A stretch of 64,000 nucleotides of DNA from an uncultured Planctomycetaceae bacterium (lineage in GTDB: Bacteria; Planctomycetota; Planctomycetia; Pirellulales; Pirellulaceae). The stretch spans positions 121,685 to 185,684 of the forward strand of contig CAVZLD010000005.1 in the NCBI GenBank assembly GCA_963776055.1. Reading direction: 5' to 3'. The position numbers were made by a program, and so were the translations under genes. The notes beneath the pieces are model-generated. The model had not been told where the DNA came from. It searched no databases and was given only the letters and a program-made list of their open reading frames with translations. Position 1 is the stretch's first letter. Each line of letters starts with the position of its first letter. Shown here one piece after another: positions 52,175 to 62,645 of this stretch.

Positions 52175-52996
52175 TCACTTTCCCCCATCGCGGAGAAGGC
52201 CTTGCAGGTGATCACGTGCGCGGCAGATCTCTGCCGTTGTGTCCTCCAGCGTCTCGTGAATCGGGATCCCGCGCGGAAAAGGATGCATGAAGACCTCCGT
52301 CCAACCGGTGTACTGAATTTCCCGCAGCGCTTCCAATAGCGGAGCGAAATTCAGAGGGCCGCGTCCAGGCAACTGAAGCAGTTCCTGTTCCTTGGGAAGC
52401 TGTTTCATGCACCCCATACCGTGTTGCCAGGCGTAAAAAACGGCCATCCCATTCGCTCCCAAAGAACGAAGCAGACCGCTCAGCAACGATTCGCGCTGTG
52501 GCAGGTGATAGGGTGCGAGGGCAACGGCGAGTCGCGTCGAGGGACGCAGTTCGATCAGCCATTTCAGCGAATCGGGACTCTCGATCAGGCTGTTGGCATG
52601 GTTCTCGATCGCGATCGTTACCCCCGTCGCCTCGGCCGTCTCCAGATGCGGTCGCATGCGTTCGACGAACCGTTGCACGGCGGCCTTCAGTTCCGCGCCC
52701 CGCAAGCCGGTGGGGCCGCCGGATCCTGTGACGATCGTGTGGCATCCAAGGCGTTGCGCAAAGTGCATTTCCGACTGCAGCCGAAAGGGCCCCAGCGGGT
52801 ACTGGGTCAGGCAACCCAGGGCGACCTTCTCCTGACGCAGCAGCTCGGAAAACGCGGCCTCGCCCAGCTCGTCCAACTGCTCCCGCTGATTGCCGTGGAC
52901 GCGCGGCCAGATGTCAATGGCTGTCGCGCCGGTCGGTCGAACTTGCCGTACCACTTCCGCCAGATCGGCATAGCCGTACAGCGAAGATGCGAGCAA
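52175..52996 (-). CDS. Sugar phosphate isomerase/epimerase (xylose isomerase-like TIM barrel)
   Basis: It is 273 aa. IAIENH is the typical metal-binding strand. It abuts the downstream membrane-protein gene with no gap. Confidence 0.7.
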   Translation of the reverse strand: MLASSLYGYADLAEVVRQVRPTGATAIDIWPRVHGNQREQLDELGEAAFSELLRQEKVALGCLTQYPLGPFRLQSEMHFAQRLGCHTIVTGSGGPTGLRGAELKAAVQRFVERMRPHLETAEATGVTIAIENHANSLIESPDSLKWLIELRPSTRLAVALAPYHLPQRESLLSGLLRSLGANGMAVFYAWQHGMGCMKQLPKEQELLQLPGRGPLNFAPLLEALREIQYTGWTEVFMHPFPRGIPIHETLEDTTAEICRARDHLQGLLRDGGK

Positions 52997-53415
52997 ATAC
53001 CGGAGCTGGAAATCGCCTGCCGGCTCACCAGCTCGCAGACGCGAATCCGCCGCGTAGGATGCCCCCGCGACCGCTCAGCTGACCCAGAAACTGCCGCCGG
53101 TCGAAGCGAGTCGATTGAAGCCTCATCCTCCGATTCTCCGATGATCTCTCAGAACAGCAGATTGACTTTGAGCCGATTCCGGTTTCGAGCTAAACTCGTG
53201 GTACACTCGATGATCGCCTGATGCTCAGCCCCCTCTCGCCACAGAGATCGTGCGGCTTTCAGGTGTTTGATTCGAAAGGAGTTGTCATCCCCTCCTGCTC
53301 GCGGGAGAGGGAACCTCGATCGGAAACTCATGCAACGTGGAAATGTACAAGCCGCACAAGCTCTAGGAAGGTGGAGGGGCGGCCCGGTGCGAGTCAGAAA
53401 TTGGGGGGGGATACC

Positions 53416-53883
53416 ATGAGAAGATCATTAACGGTGCTCGTGGCCGTTTCGTTGGTCGCCGTAATGACGGGTTCGGCGAATGCCTACACCTACATGAAGA
53501 AGCCGTTGCAGAAGCGTTACAACCTGCGGCTGGTGTCCTGTAACACATGCCACGTAAAAGGCGAGGAGAAGGACGTCGTCAACAAGTTTGGCGAGACGAT
53601 CGATAAGCTCCTGGAGGGAACCGACATCCCGCAGCGCATCGAGGCCTGCAAGGAAGTGGACGAGGAGACCAAGAAGCAGATGGAAAAGGTGTTGACCGAA
53701 GAGTTCACCGTTCTGCTGAAACGCCTAGACGAAATCAAAGCTCCCAACGGGAAACCGTACGGCCAAGCCCTTCGTGACGGGGAAATCGAAGGAGCGAAAC
53801 CGCGAAAGGCCAAGTCCGGGGACAACGACAAGAGCGACGACCCGGATGAGGACCCGGATGAAGACGATCAAGAAGAGGAGTAG
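53416..53883 (+). CDS. Small secreted protein with single CxxCH heme-binding motif (putative monoheme c-type cytochrome-like) and poly-acidic C-terminal tail
   Basis: The signal peptide is MRRSLTVLVAVSLVAVMTGSANA. CNTCH is at residues ~45-49. The C-terminus is KSGDNDKSDDPDEDPDEDDQEEE. A G-rich, RBS-like sequence lies upstream of the ATG. Confidence 0.5.
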   Translation: MRRSLTVLVAVSLVAVMTGSANAYTYMKKPLQKRYNLRLVSCNTCHVKGEEKDVVNKFGETIDKLLEGTDIPQRIEACKEVDEETKKQMEKVLTEEFTVLLKRLDEIKAPNGKPYGQALRDGEIEGAKPRKAKSGDNDKSDDPDEDPDEDDQEEE

Positions 53884-53979
53884 GCGGTCGACGATAGGAG
53901 GTCGTACGCGGTAGGGCGTACGACCCCGAAGCTCCGCGTCAGCGCAGCGCCACCCGAGGGCAGCCACCACCCGGAACTC

Positions 53980-56587
53980 TCAATACTCTGATGCTGCCTT
54001 TCCTTTGCCCCGGGCCATCTGAGGGTCCGTTGGTCGCACGCAGATCTGCAGGTCGTCAAGACACACTTCGCCCGGTGCGGTTAAGGTGATCGTAACACTC
54101 AAATGGTCGTTCTGATGGACGGAGCGCAGCATCTGAAATGGCTGCCATCCCTGCGTTTTTCGCAGTCTCAGGGCGAGGTCGGGTCCACTCACAGAATCCG
54201 AGATCAGGCAACCGTCGGGTCCCGCTGACAGCGGCTGATCGATGCGGACCCAGCCGGAGATCTTGACGACTTGACCGGGATGGACCGTGACGGGCGCCGA
54301 GTGCACCCACAACAGGGGAGATTCCAACACGCTGCGTTGTGCCTCAGCGCTTTGCGGCGCTGCGCAGTTGCAGGCAGTAGTTACCGGAATGGGGTTGGCG
54401 CGGCGACAACGCGATCTGCGTGTGCAACTCGCTGGAAGCCTGCTGATGCTGTCGCCAGCCCCGGCTCACCATGTACGGCAGTTGCTCGCAATCACCACTC
54501 GCCATCAGGTTGCGGCTCCACGCCTTGTCGGTCAGCGGCAGCACGGTTTGCGGCAAGGTTCCGGCGAGTGAGAACGTGGTGCCGCCAGGGTGAGTCATCG
54601 GGTCACCGTAGGGGCGGATTTGCGCCTCCCAGAGTGCGGTTCGGATACGAGCGACAGCGGATTCCGCTTGGCGAGCAAAGCGATAGGCGGCGGCAGCGTC
54701 CTGCGCCTGCAACAACTGCTGACTGGTCTGCAAGCTGACTTCGGCCTCATCCAGGTCTGGTGTCACGTGAACGGCCACGCCCAAATCAGCTTCCAGGCGC
54801 TGCCGAATGTCCTGCAGTTGCCAGTCGGCGATCTTGTACTCCAACTCCGCCGCTCGATCGCGCATCCGAGCGATCTCGCGGTTCACGTGCGAAACCACGA
54901 GCGGATCCTGGGACAGAAGGATGAGGGCGTCGGAATCCAACGTGTCGGTTTCGAGCCGAAAACCACCACTAATCCGTTTGTGTCGCACGGGGCGCAGGCC
55001 AACCGGTGTGAGCAGATAGACATCGATCGATTCGGGGACGCCGGCGACGACCAGCGAATTGGCACCTGACGCAGCCGGGCAGACGAGCTGGCTGTGGGGG
55101 CGGACTCGGTTGGGAATCAGCAGCCGAGACCGCTCTGTGGAGAGGGCGACCACTCGGTAGCCCGAATTGCGGCCCGGGACCTCACCGACTCGCTGACCAC
55201 CCATCGCCCAGGGGGCAGCCAGCGCAAGTTCCAAGTTCAACCGCTCCAGCATCCAACGGCGGATTTCGGTGCTCGGATCCTGGGCATCGAGTCGGTGATC
55301 GGAGGCAAACCACAAACCGCGGGCGCCGGCGGCGAGAGAGGCCAGCGCCAGTTGTCGCATCTGTTCGGCTTCGATGTGTGTCGGAAGGGGGCCGGCCTGC
55401 GGCATGAGTTGTTGCACTTGTCGCAGAACGTTCTGCGACAACTCGGTCTGCACCGAACTCCAGAACGGCGTGCCCGGACGGACGAGTTGCGAACAATCCT
55501 GCAGCCATTCGCCGAACTGGGCCAACTCCATGCTGGTTCCCACCGGCAGTCGCCGCCGCAGCAGAATGTCGACCTGACGGCTCGAAACCCACTGGCTGCG
55601 GACCGCTCCAGCGATCAGTGGCCGCTGGTCGGGGTCACGCCGCCGAACCTGATCGGTCCATTGATAGCTGTGAGGCCGTTGCGATAGATCCTCTCCACAG
55701 AACCAGGCCAGAACCGGCGGATTGGCTGGAATGGAATCGGTGCCCTCGGGCGGAGGACAGACCAGCCACAGTCCCCGTCGGCGAGCATTCTGTTGCTGCT
55801 GCTCCGTCGGCCATTCCTCCAGGAAGACGGTGTTAAAACCGAGCTGCGAAAACAGCTCGAACGGTTCCCCCCGATATTCGATCACGCGGGGGAAAAAGGG
55901 ACGTCCGTCCACTTGCAGCGTCTCGATCCGCAATCGGGGTGGGGCCACCGGTGGGCCCGCACTCGGGTCGGTCCGTTGGTCGGAAGCGACGTGATCCTCC
56001 GCGACGGCCGCATCGATACGACCTTCCAGTTCCACCTGGTCGATCCAGGTGCGTGTGATTCCGGGGCCGCCGAAAACGTTCAATACTAACGAGTCCAAGT
56101 AGGCCCCGCGCAGGTCGATGGCTTGGGAGGTCTGCGCTCGCAGGACGCGGGCGCTGCGCTGCAAGGCAAGCGGCGTCTCGGCCAGTCGCAGCTGTTGCCA
56201 TCGGCCAGGATTCTCATAGATCTGCCCGGCGATGAGCAGGCGGTGCGGCCGACCGGTTTTCGGATCGCGCGCCCGCGGCAGCACCACGCGCCCCAGGACT
56301 TGCAGCCCCTGGCGATCGGCGCGAACCCACACCCCCGCCACCAGATCCTCGACAATGCGCGAACGCTGGACCGGGCGTTCCAGATAGAGATGCGTCCCGG
56401 TTCCTGCGCGGACCGCGATCGTTTCCACAGGCACCCCGCGGCGCCGCATCTCGGTCGACTGTTCGTGCAGCAGTACCTTGTAGCTGCAGTCTGCGTCGAC
56501 GAGTGTCCAGGTCCCGTCGCGCGAATGGGCCATCGCGTGTCCCGCGATCGTCAGGCTCGCACACAGCGCAACCATCCACTGTCGCAT
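53980..56587 (-). CDS. Large secreted hypothetical protein (~870 aa; possible glycoside-hydrolase-like fold), C-terminal ~115 aa in adjacent frame (frameshift near 54335)
   Basis: The signal peptide MRQWMVALCASLTIAGHAMA starts at 56587. The 796-aa frame ends at 54344 and is immediately followed by a 116-aa ORF (53980-54330) on the same strand. I recognise no diagnostic motifs. Confidence 0.5.
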
Positions 56588-57502
56588 GGTTCCTGCTGGC
56601 ATGCGAAGTGGGCGGCCCAATTGTGCCGCCTTGGCAACCGCCATTTTTCGCTGAGACACAGCCATCGATTTTTTCGAGATGTCGTGGGAAAACAACATGG
56701 GTCCCCGCGTGGATGCTGAACGTAACCTCGCCATATAAATACAGTTGTGTTTTTTTGCCAGAGCAGATGGCGACTTTTTGCTACGTGCCCCATGCGGGGG
56801 AGGAGCGAGGTGGCAAGTGCTAACGTGTTCTGTGAGAAGCAGTTATGGCATGAGTTTTCTTCCGGGCTGCGCGATGGTACGCGGTCTGCACTGGGAAGGG
56901 TCTCCATCTGAAGTCACTCACTTTTCCGCGGAGACCGGCATCCATGGCAAGCTCGCGTTTGGCGAATCTGCAATCCCGACCCCTGCCCCGTGACGTTGCG
57001 GAATTGACGGCCGCCGTCGCTGCCCTGCCCCGGAGCAGCGAAGCCGTCTGGAACCGATCTGTCAGCGGGTGGTGGACAGCACGCGGCGGCGGCAGCGGAT
57101 CTTGGGGCTGGTGCAGGAAGCCTTGGGACAACTCCGCCTGGATATGAAGTACCTGCTGTTTGACCTGGACGCGACGCGACGCGAAAGAAATCGGTATCGC
57201 GAGGCGATGGACGAGGGGGAGGGGGAGTGATGTTGCGGCCGCTGCCGCAGAGTTCGTTGCCAGTTTTGTGTGAATTTCATAGGATACACGGTCTGAAGAG
57301 GTTAGCCATTCGCTGCGATCGCTCGTTCCGTCTGCTCGCCTCACTGAATGGGACACTTCTATTGCCGGAGCCATACCGGCCGAAGAGGACAAACTCCGAT
57401 TCCACGACGAGGGCGGGCAAAGGGTCCGCTCAGTTGCGTCAGCGGAACACTCGATGAGATCGGCTGGGCTGATTCGTCTTATCCCCCTGAAGGTATGTCC
57501 GC

Positions 57503-58594
57503 ATGTCGATGGTCGAGAGATCGGCGGAAGAGTTTGCTCGCTTGGCGTTTGATCTGAACCTGTTAGATCAGCGTCAATTGGAATCGGTGTGGGGTGAATT
57601 CGGCACGCGCAACATCTCGGCGGCGGAACTTCAGCGAGCGCTCGTGCGGCGCGGACTGCTGACGAATTACCAGGTCGATCGGCTGGCGAAGGGGGAAAAG
57701 TCCGGGTTCTTCTACGGCGACTACAAAGTCCTCTACCTGGTAGGTTCTGGTTCCTTTGCGCGCGTTTATCGTGCCGTGCACAAAGACACGGGCAAGGTCG
57801 TTGCGGTGAAGGTCTTGCGGCGACGCTTCGCCGAAGACCCGGCCAGCACCGAGCAGTTTGTGCGCGAAGGTGAGATGGGGGCGCGATTGCGGCATCCGAA
57901 CATCGTCCCGATCTATGAAGTCCACTCAAGTCGTGCGGCGCACTACATGGTGATGGACTTCATCGAGGGGCGGAACTTGCGCGAGTTTGTCCGCGTTCGG
58001 AAGAAGCTCAGTCCGGAAGAGTCGCTGAAGTTCATGATCGATATCGCTTCCGGCCTCTCGTACGCCGCGCAGTTCGGAGTCCAGCATCGCGACCTGAAGC
58101 TCTCGAATGTCTTGATGTCCAGCACCGGCCGAGCGCAGTTGGTTGATTTCGGTCTGGCGGCGGTCAGTGGCAGTTCGAGTGACAGCGATTTCAGTGAATC
58201 CGTAAATCCGCGGACGATTGACTACGCCGGTCTGGAGCGGGCCACCGGGGTCCGGAAAGACGACCCGCGCAGTGACATCTATTTCGCCGGCTGCATCTTC
58301 TATCACATGTTGACCGGTCGTGCTCCGTTGGTGGAGGCCAAGGACCGCAGCCAGCGACTGAGTAAGACGCGGTTCGAGACGATTCAGTCGATCACCGAAG
58401 CAGAACCGGACTTGCCGCATCGCGTCGTCATGGTCGTGAACAAGGCGATGGAATTGGACGCTGGTCGACGTTATCAGACGCCGACAGAATTCCTGGCCGA
58501 TCTGAAACTGGTGGCCAGGCGATTGCACGCGCCCGATGATGCGACGGACGATCTCGCTCGACGAGGGGCAGGACAAGGCGATCATGATCGTTGA
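57503..58594 (+). CDS. Serine/threonine protein kinase with ~75-aa N-terminal extension
   Basis: The glycine loop is GSGSFARVY and the catalytic lysine is VAVKVL. Other motifs are HRDLKLSNVLM and DFGLA, and the APE-equivalent region is present. Confidence 0.85.
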   Translation: MSMVERSAEEFARLAFDLNLLDQRQLESVWGEFGTRNISAAELQRALVRRGLLTNYQVDRLAKGEKSGFFYGDYKVLYLVGSGSFARVYRAVHKDTGKVVAVKVLRRRFAEDPASTEQFVREGEMGARLRHPNIVPIYEVHSSRAAHYMVMDFIEGRNLREFVRVRKKLSPEESLKFMIDIASGLSYAAQFGVQHRDLKLSNVLMSSTGRAQLVDFGLAAVSGSSSDSDFSESVNPRTIDYAGLERATGVRKDDPRSDIYFAGCIFYHMLTGRAPLVEAKDRSQRLSKTRFETIQSITEAEPDLPHRVVMVVNKAMELDAGRRYQTPTEFLADLKLVARRLHAPDDATDDLARRGAGQGDHDR

Positions 58595-58955
58595 CTCAAG
58601 CCCGACGATGCAGGACCTGTTTCGCAAAGGTCTGAAGAAGATCGGTTACCGAGTATTGTTAATCAGCGATCCGGTTCGCGCTCTTCAACGGTGCGAGTTA
58701 GAGGATCATGTTGCCGATTGCGTTGTCATCGGTTGCTACAGCCTCGGCAAAGCGGGGCTGGAAGCTTTCAACCGGTTTGGCCAGCATGACCACACGCGGA
58801 ACATCCCGGCCATCCTGCTGCTGGCGGAAAAACAGGCCGGTTACGCGCGAGAAGCGATGTTGAACGACCACCGTGTCGTGGCCAAAATGCCGCTAAAAAT
58901 GCGGGAATTCCGCCAGATGCTCAAGAAGTTGCTCAGCCAAACCCCCGTCGGTTGA
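58584..58955 (+). CDS. CheY-like receiver domain protein lacking the phospho-acceptor aspartate (pseudo-receiver)
   Basis: It begins MIVDSSPTMQDL. The position equivalent to the phosphorylated Asp reads DCVVIGCYSLGKAGLE instead of the usual DLVLLDLMLPGMDG. The conserved Lys is present in AKMP. It overlaps the kinase stop by 11 nt. Confidence 0.55.
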   Translation: MIVDSSPTMQDLFRKGLKKIGYRVLLISDPVRALQRCELEDHVADCVVIGCYSLGKAGLEAFNRFGQHDHTRNIPAILLLAEKQAGYAREAMLNDHRVVAKMPLKMREFRQMLKKLLSQTPVG

Positions 58956-58969
58956 ACAGCAATCTCCGG

Positions 58970-59797
58970 CTATCGCTGCGGGATCTTGATTCCCATCTGC
59001 TGCATCAGCATCTGCATGTCTTCCCAGACGAGTCGCTTGGCCGATGGGTTACGCAGCAGATAGGCCGGGTGATAGGTAACGACGACTTGCGCCCAGCGCC
59101 AGGGGTGCATCTCACCGCGTAGTCGCCCGAGGGAGGTCTTGGTGGCCAGCAGGGCCGTGGCAGCCGCAGCTCCCAAACAACAGATGTAATCGGGCCGGAT
59201 GATCTCGAGTTGGCGTTCGAAGAACTGCCGGCAGCGATCTGCTTCTTCGGCGGTGGGTGTCCGGTTCTTCGGAGGCCGACACTTGAGCACGTTCAAGATA
59301 TAGACGTCCTCACGCTGCAAGCCACAGGCGTCGATGATCTTGTTCAACAATTGCCCCGCTCGACCCACAAACGGTTCGCCCATTCGATCTTCATCGGCTC
59401 CAGGTGCCTCCCCAAAGAAACACAGGCGCGTCTGCGGGCTGCCTACGCCAAAGACAGTTTGCGTCCGATTCGCCACCAACTCGGGGCAGAGCTGACAGGA
59501 CTGTACCTGTTGGCAGAGCGATTGAAGTTGGGATTTCTTTTCTTCAGGCGAAAGCGTGGGAACCGGATCGTTGGGGGAGGCGGATGGCTGCATGGGAATC
59601 TGGCTGCTGGGAGGATCGGGGGGGGTGACGCCTTGGACCTGGCCGGAGGTTTCCCCCTCCGAGGTCCGTTTTGCGAGGGCGCACGGTGGACTTGGCACGC
59701 GATGCAACTGCTCAACGCCCGCCCGCTGCAGACTTTCCAGTCGCTGCCGGACGACCCGCCGGAGTCGAATTTGCAGAATCTGTCGGCTTTCGTCCAT
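58970..59797 (-). CDS. Uracil-DNA glycosylase, family 4 (UdgA-like)
   Basis: [23 protein letters not shown] is the family-4 UDG motif A. The [4Fe-4S] cysteines CQLC...C...C lie upstream, and the HPAYLLR-type motif B is HPAYLLRNP. Confidence 0.85.
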   Translation of the reverse strand: MDESRQILQIRLRRVVRQRLESLQRAGVEQLHRVPSPPCALAKRTSEGETSGQVQGVTPPDPPSSQIPMQPSASPNDPVPTLSPEEKKSQLQSLCQQVQSCQLCPELVANRTQTVFGVGSPQTRLCFFGEAPGADEDRMGEPFVGRAGQLLNKIIDACGLQREDVYILNVLKCRPPKNRTPTAEEADRCRQFFERQLEIIRPDYICCLGAAAATALLATKTSLGRLRGEMHPWRWAQVVVTYHPAYLLRNPSAKRLVWEDMQMLMQQMGIKIPQR

Positions 59798-60228
59798 CGT
59801 CTCTCTGGCCGGTACTTCGCGGTCGGACGGCCGGTTTCGGCACGTCGGTCCCCTCGGCTGCTGCGAGCGAAATGCTAATTGGGGACGAAAGAGCCTCCGT
59901 CCACATACCTTTACGCCGCCCCATCATGACGCGGATCCGGCCGGTTTTCCAGAGTGGGTGCGGTCGCCGGGCCCGAGGGTGGGTTCCGCGAAACGCAAGC
60001 CCACCAAGCCCGCTTACCGGTTGCGCTGCCACCGCCCGGCTGACAAAATCGCATCGCCACCCATAAGGCAGCACCGTCTCCCAAGATCCAGCTCCGCTTG
60101 TTCGGCTGCATCTTCCGCCGGTTGCGACGATCCCGTATCATCAGAGATGAGCTTCCTTCCTGGATTTTGAACTCTTCCCGCACCGCTGCCACTCGAGGGG
60201 GTGCTTCCTTCCCCCGCTTCCGCTCGCT

Positions 60229-61605
60229 ATGCAATTGCCGCAAGTTGTCATTGTCGGTCGTCCCAACGTAGGCAAGTCCAGCCTCTTCAACTGGCTTGCG
60301 CGGCGGCGGCTGGCGATTGTCGACGACATGTCGGGCGTGACACGGGATCGGATGAGTCATCTGATGGAGTACGAAGGACGCTTCTTCGAGTTGGTCGACA
60401 CGGGCGGCATGGGTGTCGAGGACACCGACAACCTCACGCGGCAGATCGAGGAGCAAATCACCACGGCCGTGGACTCGGCCGACGTGATCCTGTTTGTCGT
60501 CGATACCAAAGAGGGTCCTGCCCCGCTCGATGCAGAAGTCGCCAAACGGTTGCGCTACGTGGACAAACCGATCATCTGCGTGGCGAATAAGACCGATTCG
60601 GAGAATCTTGAACCCCAGGCGCAGGAGTTTCATCGCTTGGGCCGGGGCAAGCTGATCTGTTGCAGTACGAAGGCGGATCGAAATCGCCACGTGCTGGCCG
60701 ACATGATTCTGGAACGTCTTCCGCCGCCGCTCGATGACCAGACGGTCGATGAACCGGCGATGAAGGCGGCGATTGTGGGCCGTCGAAATGTGGGCAAGAG
60801 TACCTTCGTCAATATGCTGGCGCAGTCCGAGCGGATGATTGTCAGCGAGGTTCCCGGGACGACCCGCGATAGCGTGGATGTGCATTTCGAACTGGACGGC
60901 AAAGCCTTCACGGCGATCGATACGCCCGGATTGCGGCGGACCAAGAGTGTCCGTTCGAATATCGACTTCTACGGCACGCATCGCGCCAAGCGGAGTATTC
61001 GGCGAGCGGATGTGGTGTTGCTGTTCTTCGATGCCAGCCAACGGATCAGCAAAGTGGACAAGCAGTTGTGCGGTTACGTGGCGGAACAATACAAGCCGTG
61101 TATCTTCGTCGTGAATAAGTGGGATCTGTACCGGAAACAGATGCCCACGGAGCGATGGGTGACCTATTTGCGAGATACGTTCCAGACAATGTGGCACGTA
61201 CCTATCGCCTTCGTGACGGCCACCACCGGCAAAAACGCGAAGACGCTGATCAATCACGCGCAGATGCTGTTCAAGCAGTCACTTTCCCGCATTTCCACCG
61301 GGCAACTGAATCGATTGATGCGCAACGCGCTCGCACACCATCCACCGCCGCTCGTTCACAACCGCCGACCCAAGATTTACTATGCGACGCAGATTGGCGT
61401 GCAGCCACCAACCATTGTTCTCGTCTGCAATGATCCGAAATCGTTCGCGAACTCGTACCGGCGATACCTGCTTGGTGTCCTGCGCGACCAACTCTCCTTC
61501 GGCGAAGTGCCCATCAAGATGTATCTGAAACGGCGCTCCAGCGATGACCGGCGTGACGAGATCGAACGATCGGCCGATCCGAATCCATCCGACGCGGTCG
61601 ATTGA
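60229..61605 (+). CDS. der: Ribosome-associated GTPase Der/EngA (two tandem GTP-binding domains plus KH-like domain)
   Basis: GD1 reads GRPNVGKSSLFN...DTGG...NKTD. GD2 reads GRRNVGKSTFVN...DTPG...NKWD. Confidence 0.95.
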   Translation: MQLPQVVIVGRPNVGKSSLFNWLARRRLAIVDDMSGVTRDRMSHLMEYEGRFFELVDTGGMGVEDTDNLTRQIEEQITTAVDSADVILFVVDTKEGPAPLDAEVAKRLRYVDKPIICVANKTDSENLEPQAQEFHRLGRGKLICCSTKADRNRHVLADMILERLPPPLDDQTVDEPAMKAAIVGRRNVGKSTFVNMLAQSERMIVSEVPGTTRDSVDVHFELDGKAFTAIDTPGLRRTKSVRSNIDFYGTHRAKRSIRRADVVLLFFDASQRISKVDKQLCGYVAEQYKPCIFVVNKWDLYRKQMPTERWVTYLRDTFQTMWHVPIAFVTATTGKNAKTLINHAQMLFKQSLSRISTGQLNRLMRNALAHHPPPLVHNRRPKIYYATQIGVQPPTIVLVCNDPKSFANSYRRYLLGVLRDQLSFGEVPIKMYLKRRSSDDRRDEIERSADPNPSDAVD

Positions 61606-61685
61606 CCTTTGCCCGCGCGCCCGTAGGACAGGCTTCCGCCCGTGGGACGCGGGAATGTTGGCCTAGGAAGGCCAACGAACGGGAC

Positions 61686-61830
61686 GGACTGGAAGTCCAT
61701 CCCACACTGGAAGTCCATCCCACCGACTGGAAGTCCATCCCACCGACTGGAAGTCCATCCCACCGACTGAAAGTCCATCCCACCGACTGGAAAGTCCATC
61801 CCACCGACTGGAAGTCCATCCCACCGGAGA
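61686..61830. repeat. Tandem 20-21-bp minisatellite, ~7 copies (ccgactggaagtccatccca(c))
   Basis: This is direct reading of the sequence. The units are ctggaagtccatcccacactggaagtccatcccaccgactggaagtccatcccaccgactggaagtccatcccaccgactgaaagtccatcccaccgactggaaagtccatcccaccgactggaagtccatcccacc. There are no unique spacers. Confidence 0.8.
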
Positions 61831-61976
61831 TCCTCGCACTGCCGGCGTGTGGGACAGGCTGCCGGCCTGTGGGACAGGCTTCCAGCCTGTCTCGTACCGC
61901 GCGGGCTTCCAGCCCGCCTCACCCCATGGCCCCCCCATGGGCTTCCCGCCCACATTATGCCACTGCCGACGGCCCC

Positions 61977-62570
61977 TCACTCTCTCGCCATCCGTTCCAG
62001 GATTTCTCGGACGGCCTGCCGCGTTTTGTAGACGGTGCGTTCCGCCATCCCGGTTTGCTGGGCGATTTCCGAGACGGACCGGCCTTGGAGGAGACCGTCG
62101 ATGATAGCGCGGCGGCGCTGGCTGAACGATCCACGGAGTTCCTCGATCGTCTCTTGCAGTCGCAGTGCGTCTTCCGGCGTAGGGCCGAGTTCGAGTGGGT
62201 CACGGTCGTTGTCCAGCGTGGTCTGGCGGCGGCGATCGCGTCGCTGACGTTGGTGGAACTTGACATGGTTGCGGATCTTGTTGACGGTGATGGTGACCAG
62301 TAGGGGCCAGAGGCTGTCTTGCGGGCCGAGTTCGATCTGGTGCGCACGGCCGCGGAGGAAGACACTGCGAAAGACGGACTGTGCGACGTCGGTGGAATCC
62401 TCGAGCTGATTGAGTAGATCCCCCATCTGCTTCCGCGCCAGGCCGACGAGGCGCGCGTAGTAACGTTCGAACAACGCCTGCGCCGCCGCTTCATCGCCGC
62501 GGCGATACGCCGCCAGCAGCGCCTCGTCGCGCAACGATTCGGTTTCCGATCCCCATGGGTCCGAAGCCAC
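61977..62570 (-). CDS. ECF-type RNA polymerase sigma factor (sigma-70 regions 2 and 4)
   Basis: Region 2 reads DEALLAAYRRGDEAAAQALFERYYARLVGLARK. Region 4 HTH reads RAIIDGLLQGRSVSEIAQQTGMAERTVYK. GTG starts are possible at 62570 or 62636. Confidence 0.8.
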   Translation of the reverse strand: MASDPWGSETESLRDEALLAAYRRGDEAAAQALFERYYARLVGLARKQMGDLLNQLEDSTDVAQSVFRSVFLRGRAHQIELGPQDSLWPLLVTITVNKIRNHVKFHQRQRRDRRRQTTLDNDRDPLELGPTPEDALRLQETIEELRGSFSQRRRAIIDGLLQGRSVSEIAQQTGMAERTVYKTRQAVREILERMARE

Positions 62571-62645
62571 GGCGAACTCCTGGTTTTCTTCTGCGCAACC
62601 ACATTCGTGTGGCCGCTGCGGTACGACGAGAATCACTCCCAGTAC

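Noticed and set aside
53161-53196. TTGACT ... TAAACT as a sigma70 promoter for the CxxCH protein gene
   Set aside because: The spacer between the hexamers is 23 bp, which is too long for a functional -35/-10 pair.
56820-57929. 369-aa minus-strand ORF
   Set aside because: Its composition is Arg/Pro/Ser-rich low complexity with no start context. It runs antisense into the Ser/Thr kinase gene and is likely a spurious GC-rich ORF.
59911-61257. 448-aa minus-strand ORF
   Set aside because: It overlaps the strongly conserved der (EngA) gene on the plus strand almost completely. The translation is Arg/His-rich with no motifs.
61686-61830. Possibility that the 20-bp tandem repeats are a CRISPR array
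   Set aside because: The units are contiguous with no interspersed unique spacers. The unit length (20-21 bp) is below typical CRISPR repeat size, and no cas genes are nearby.
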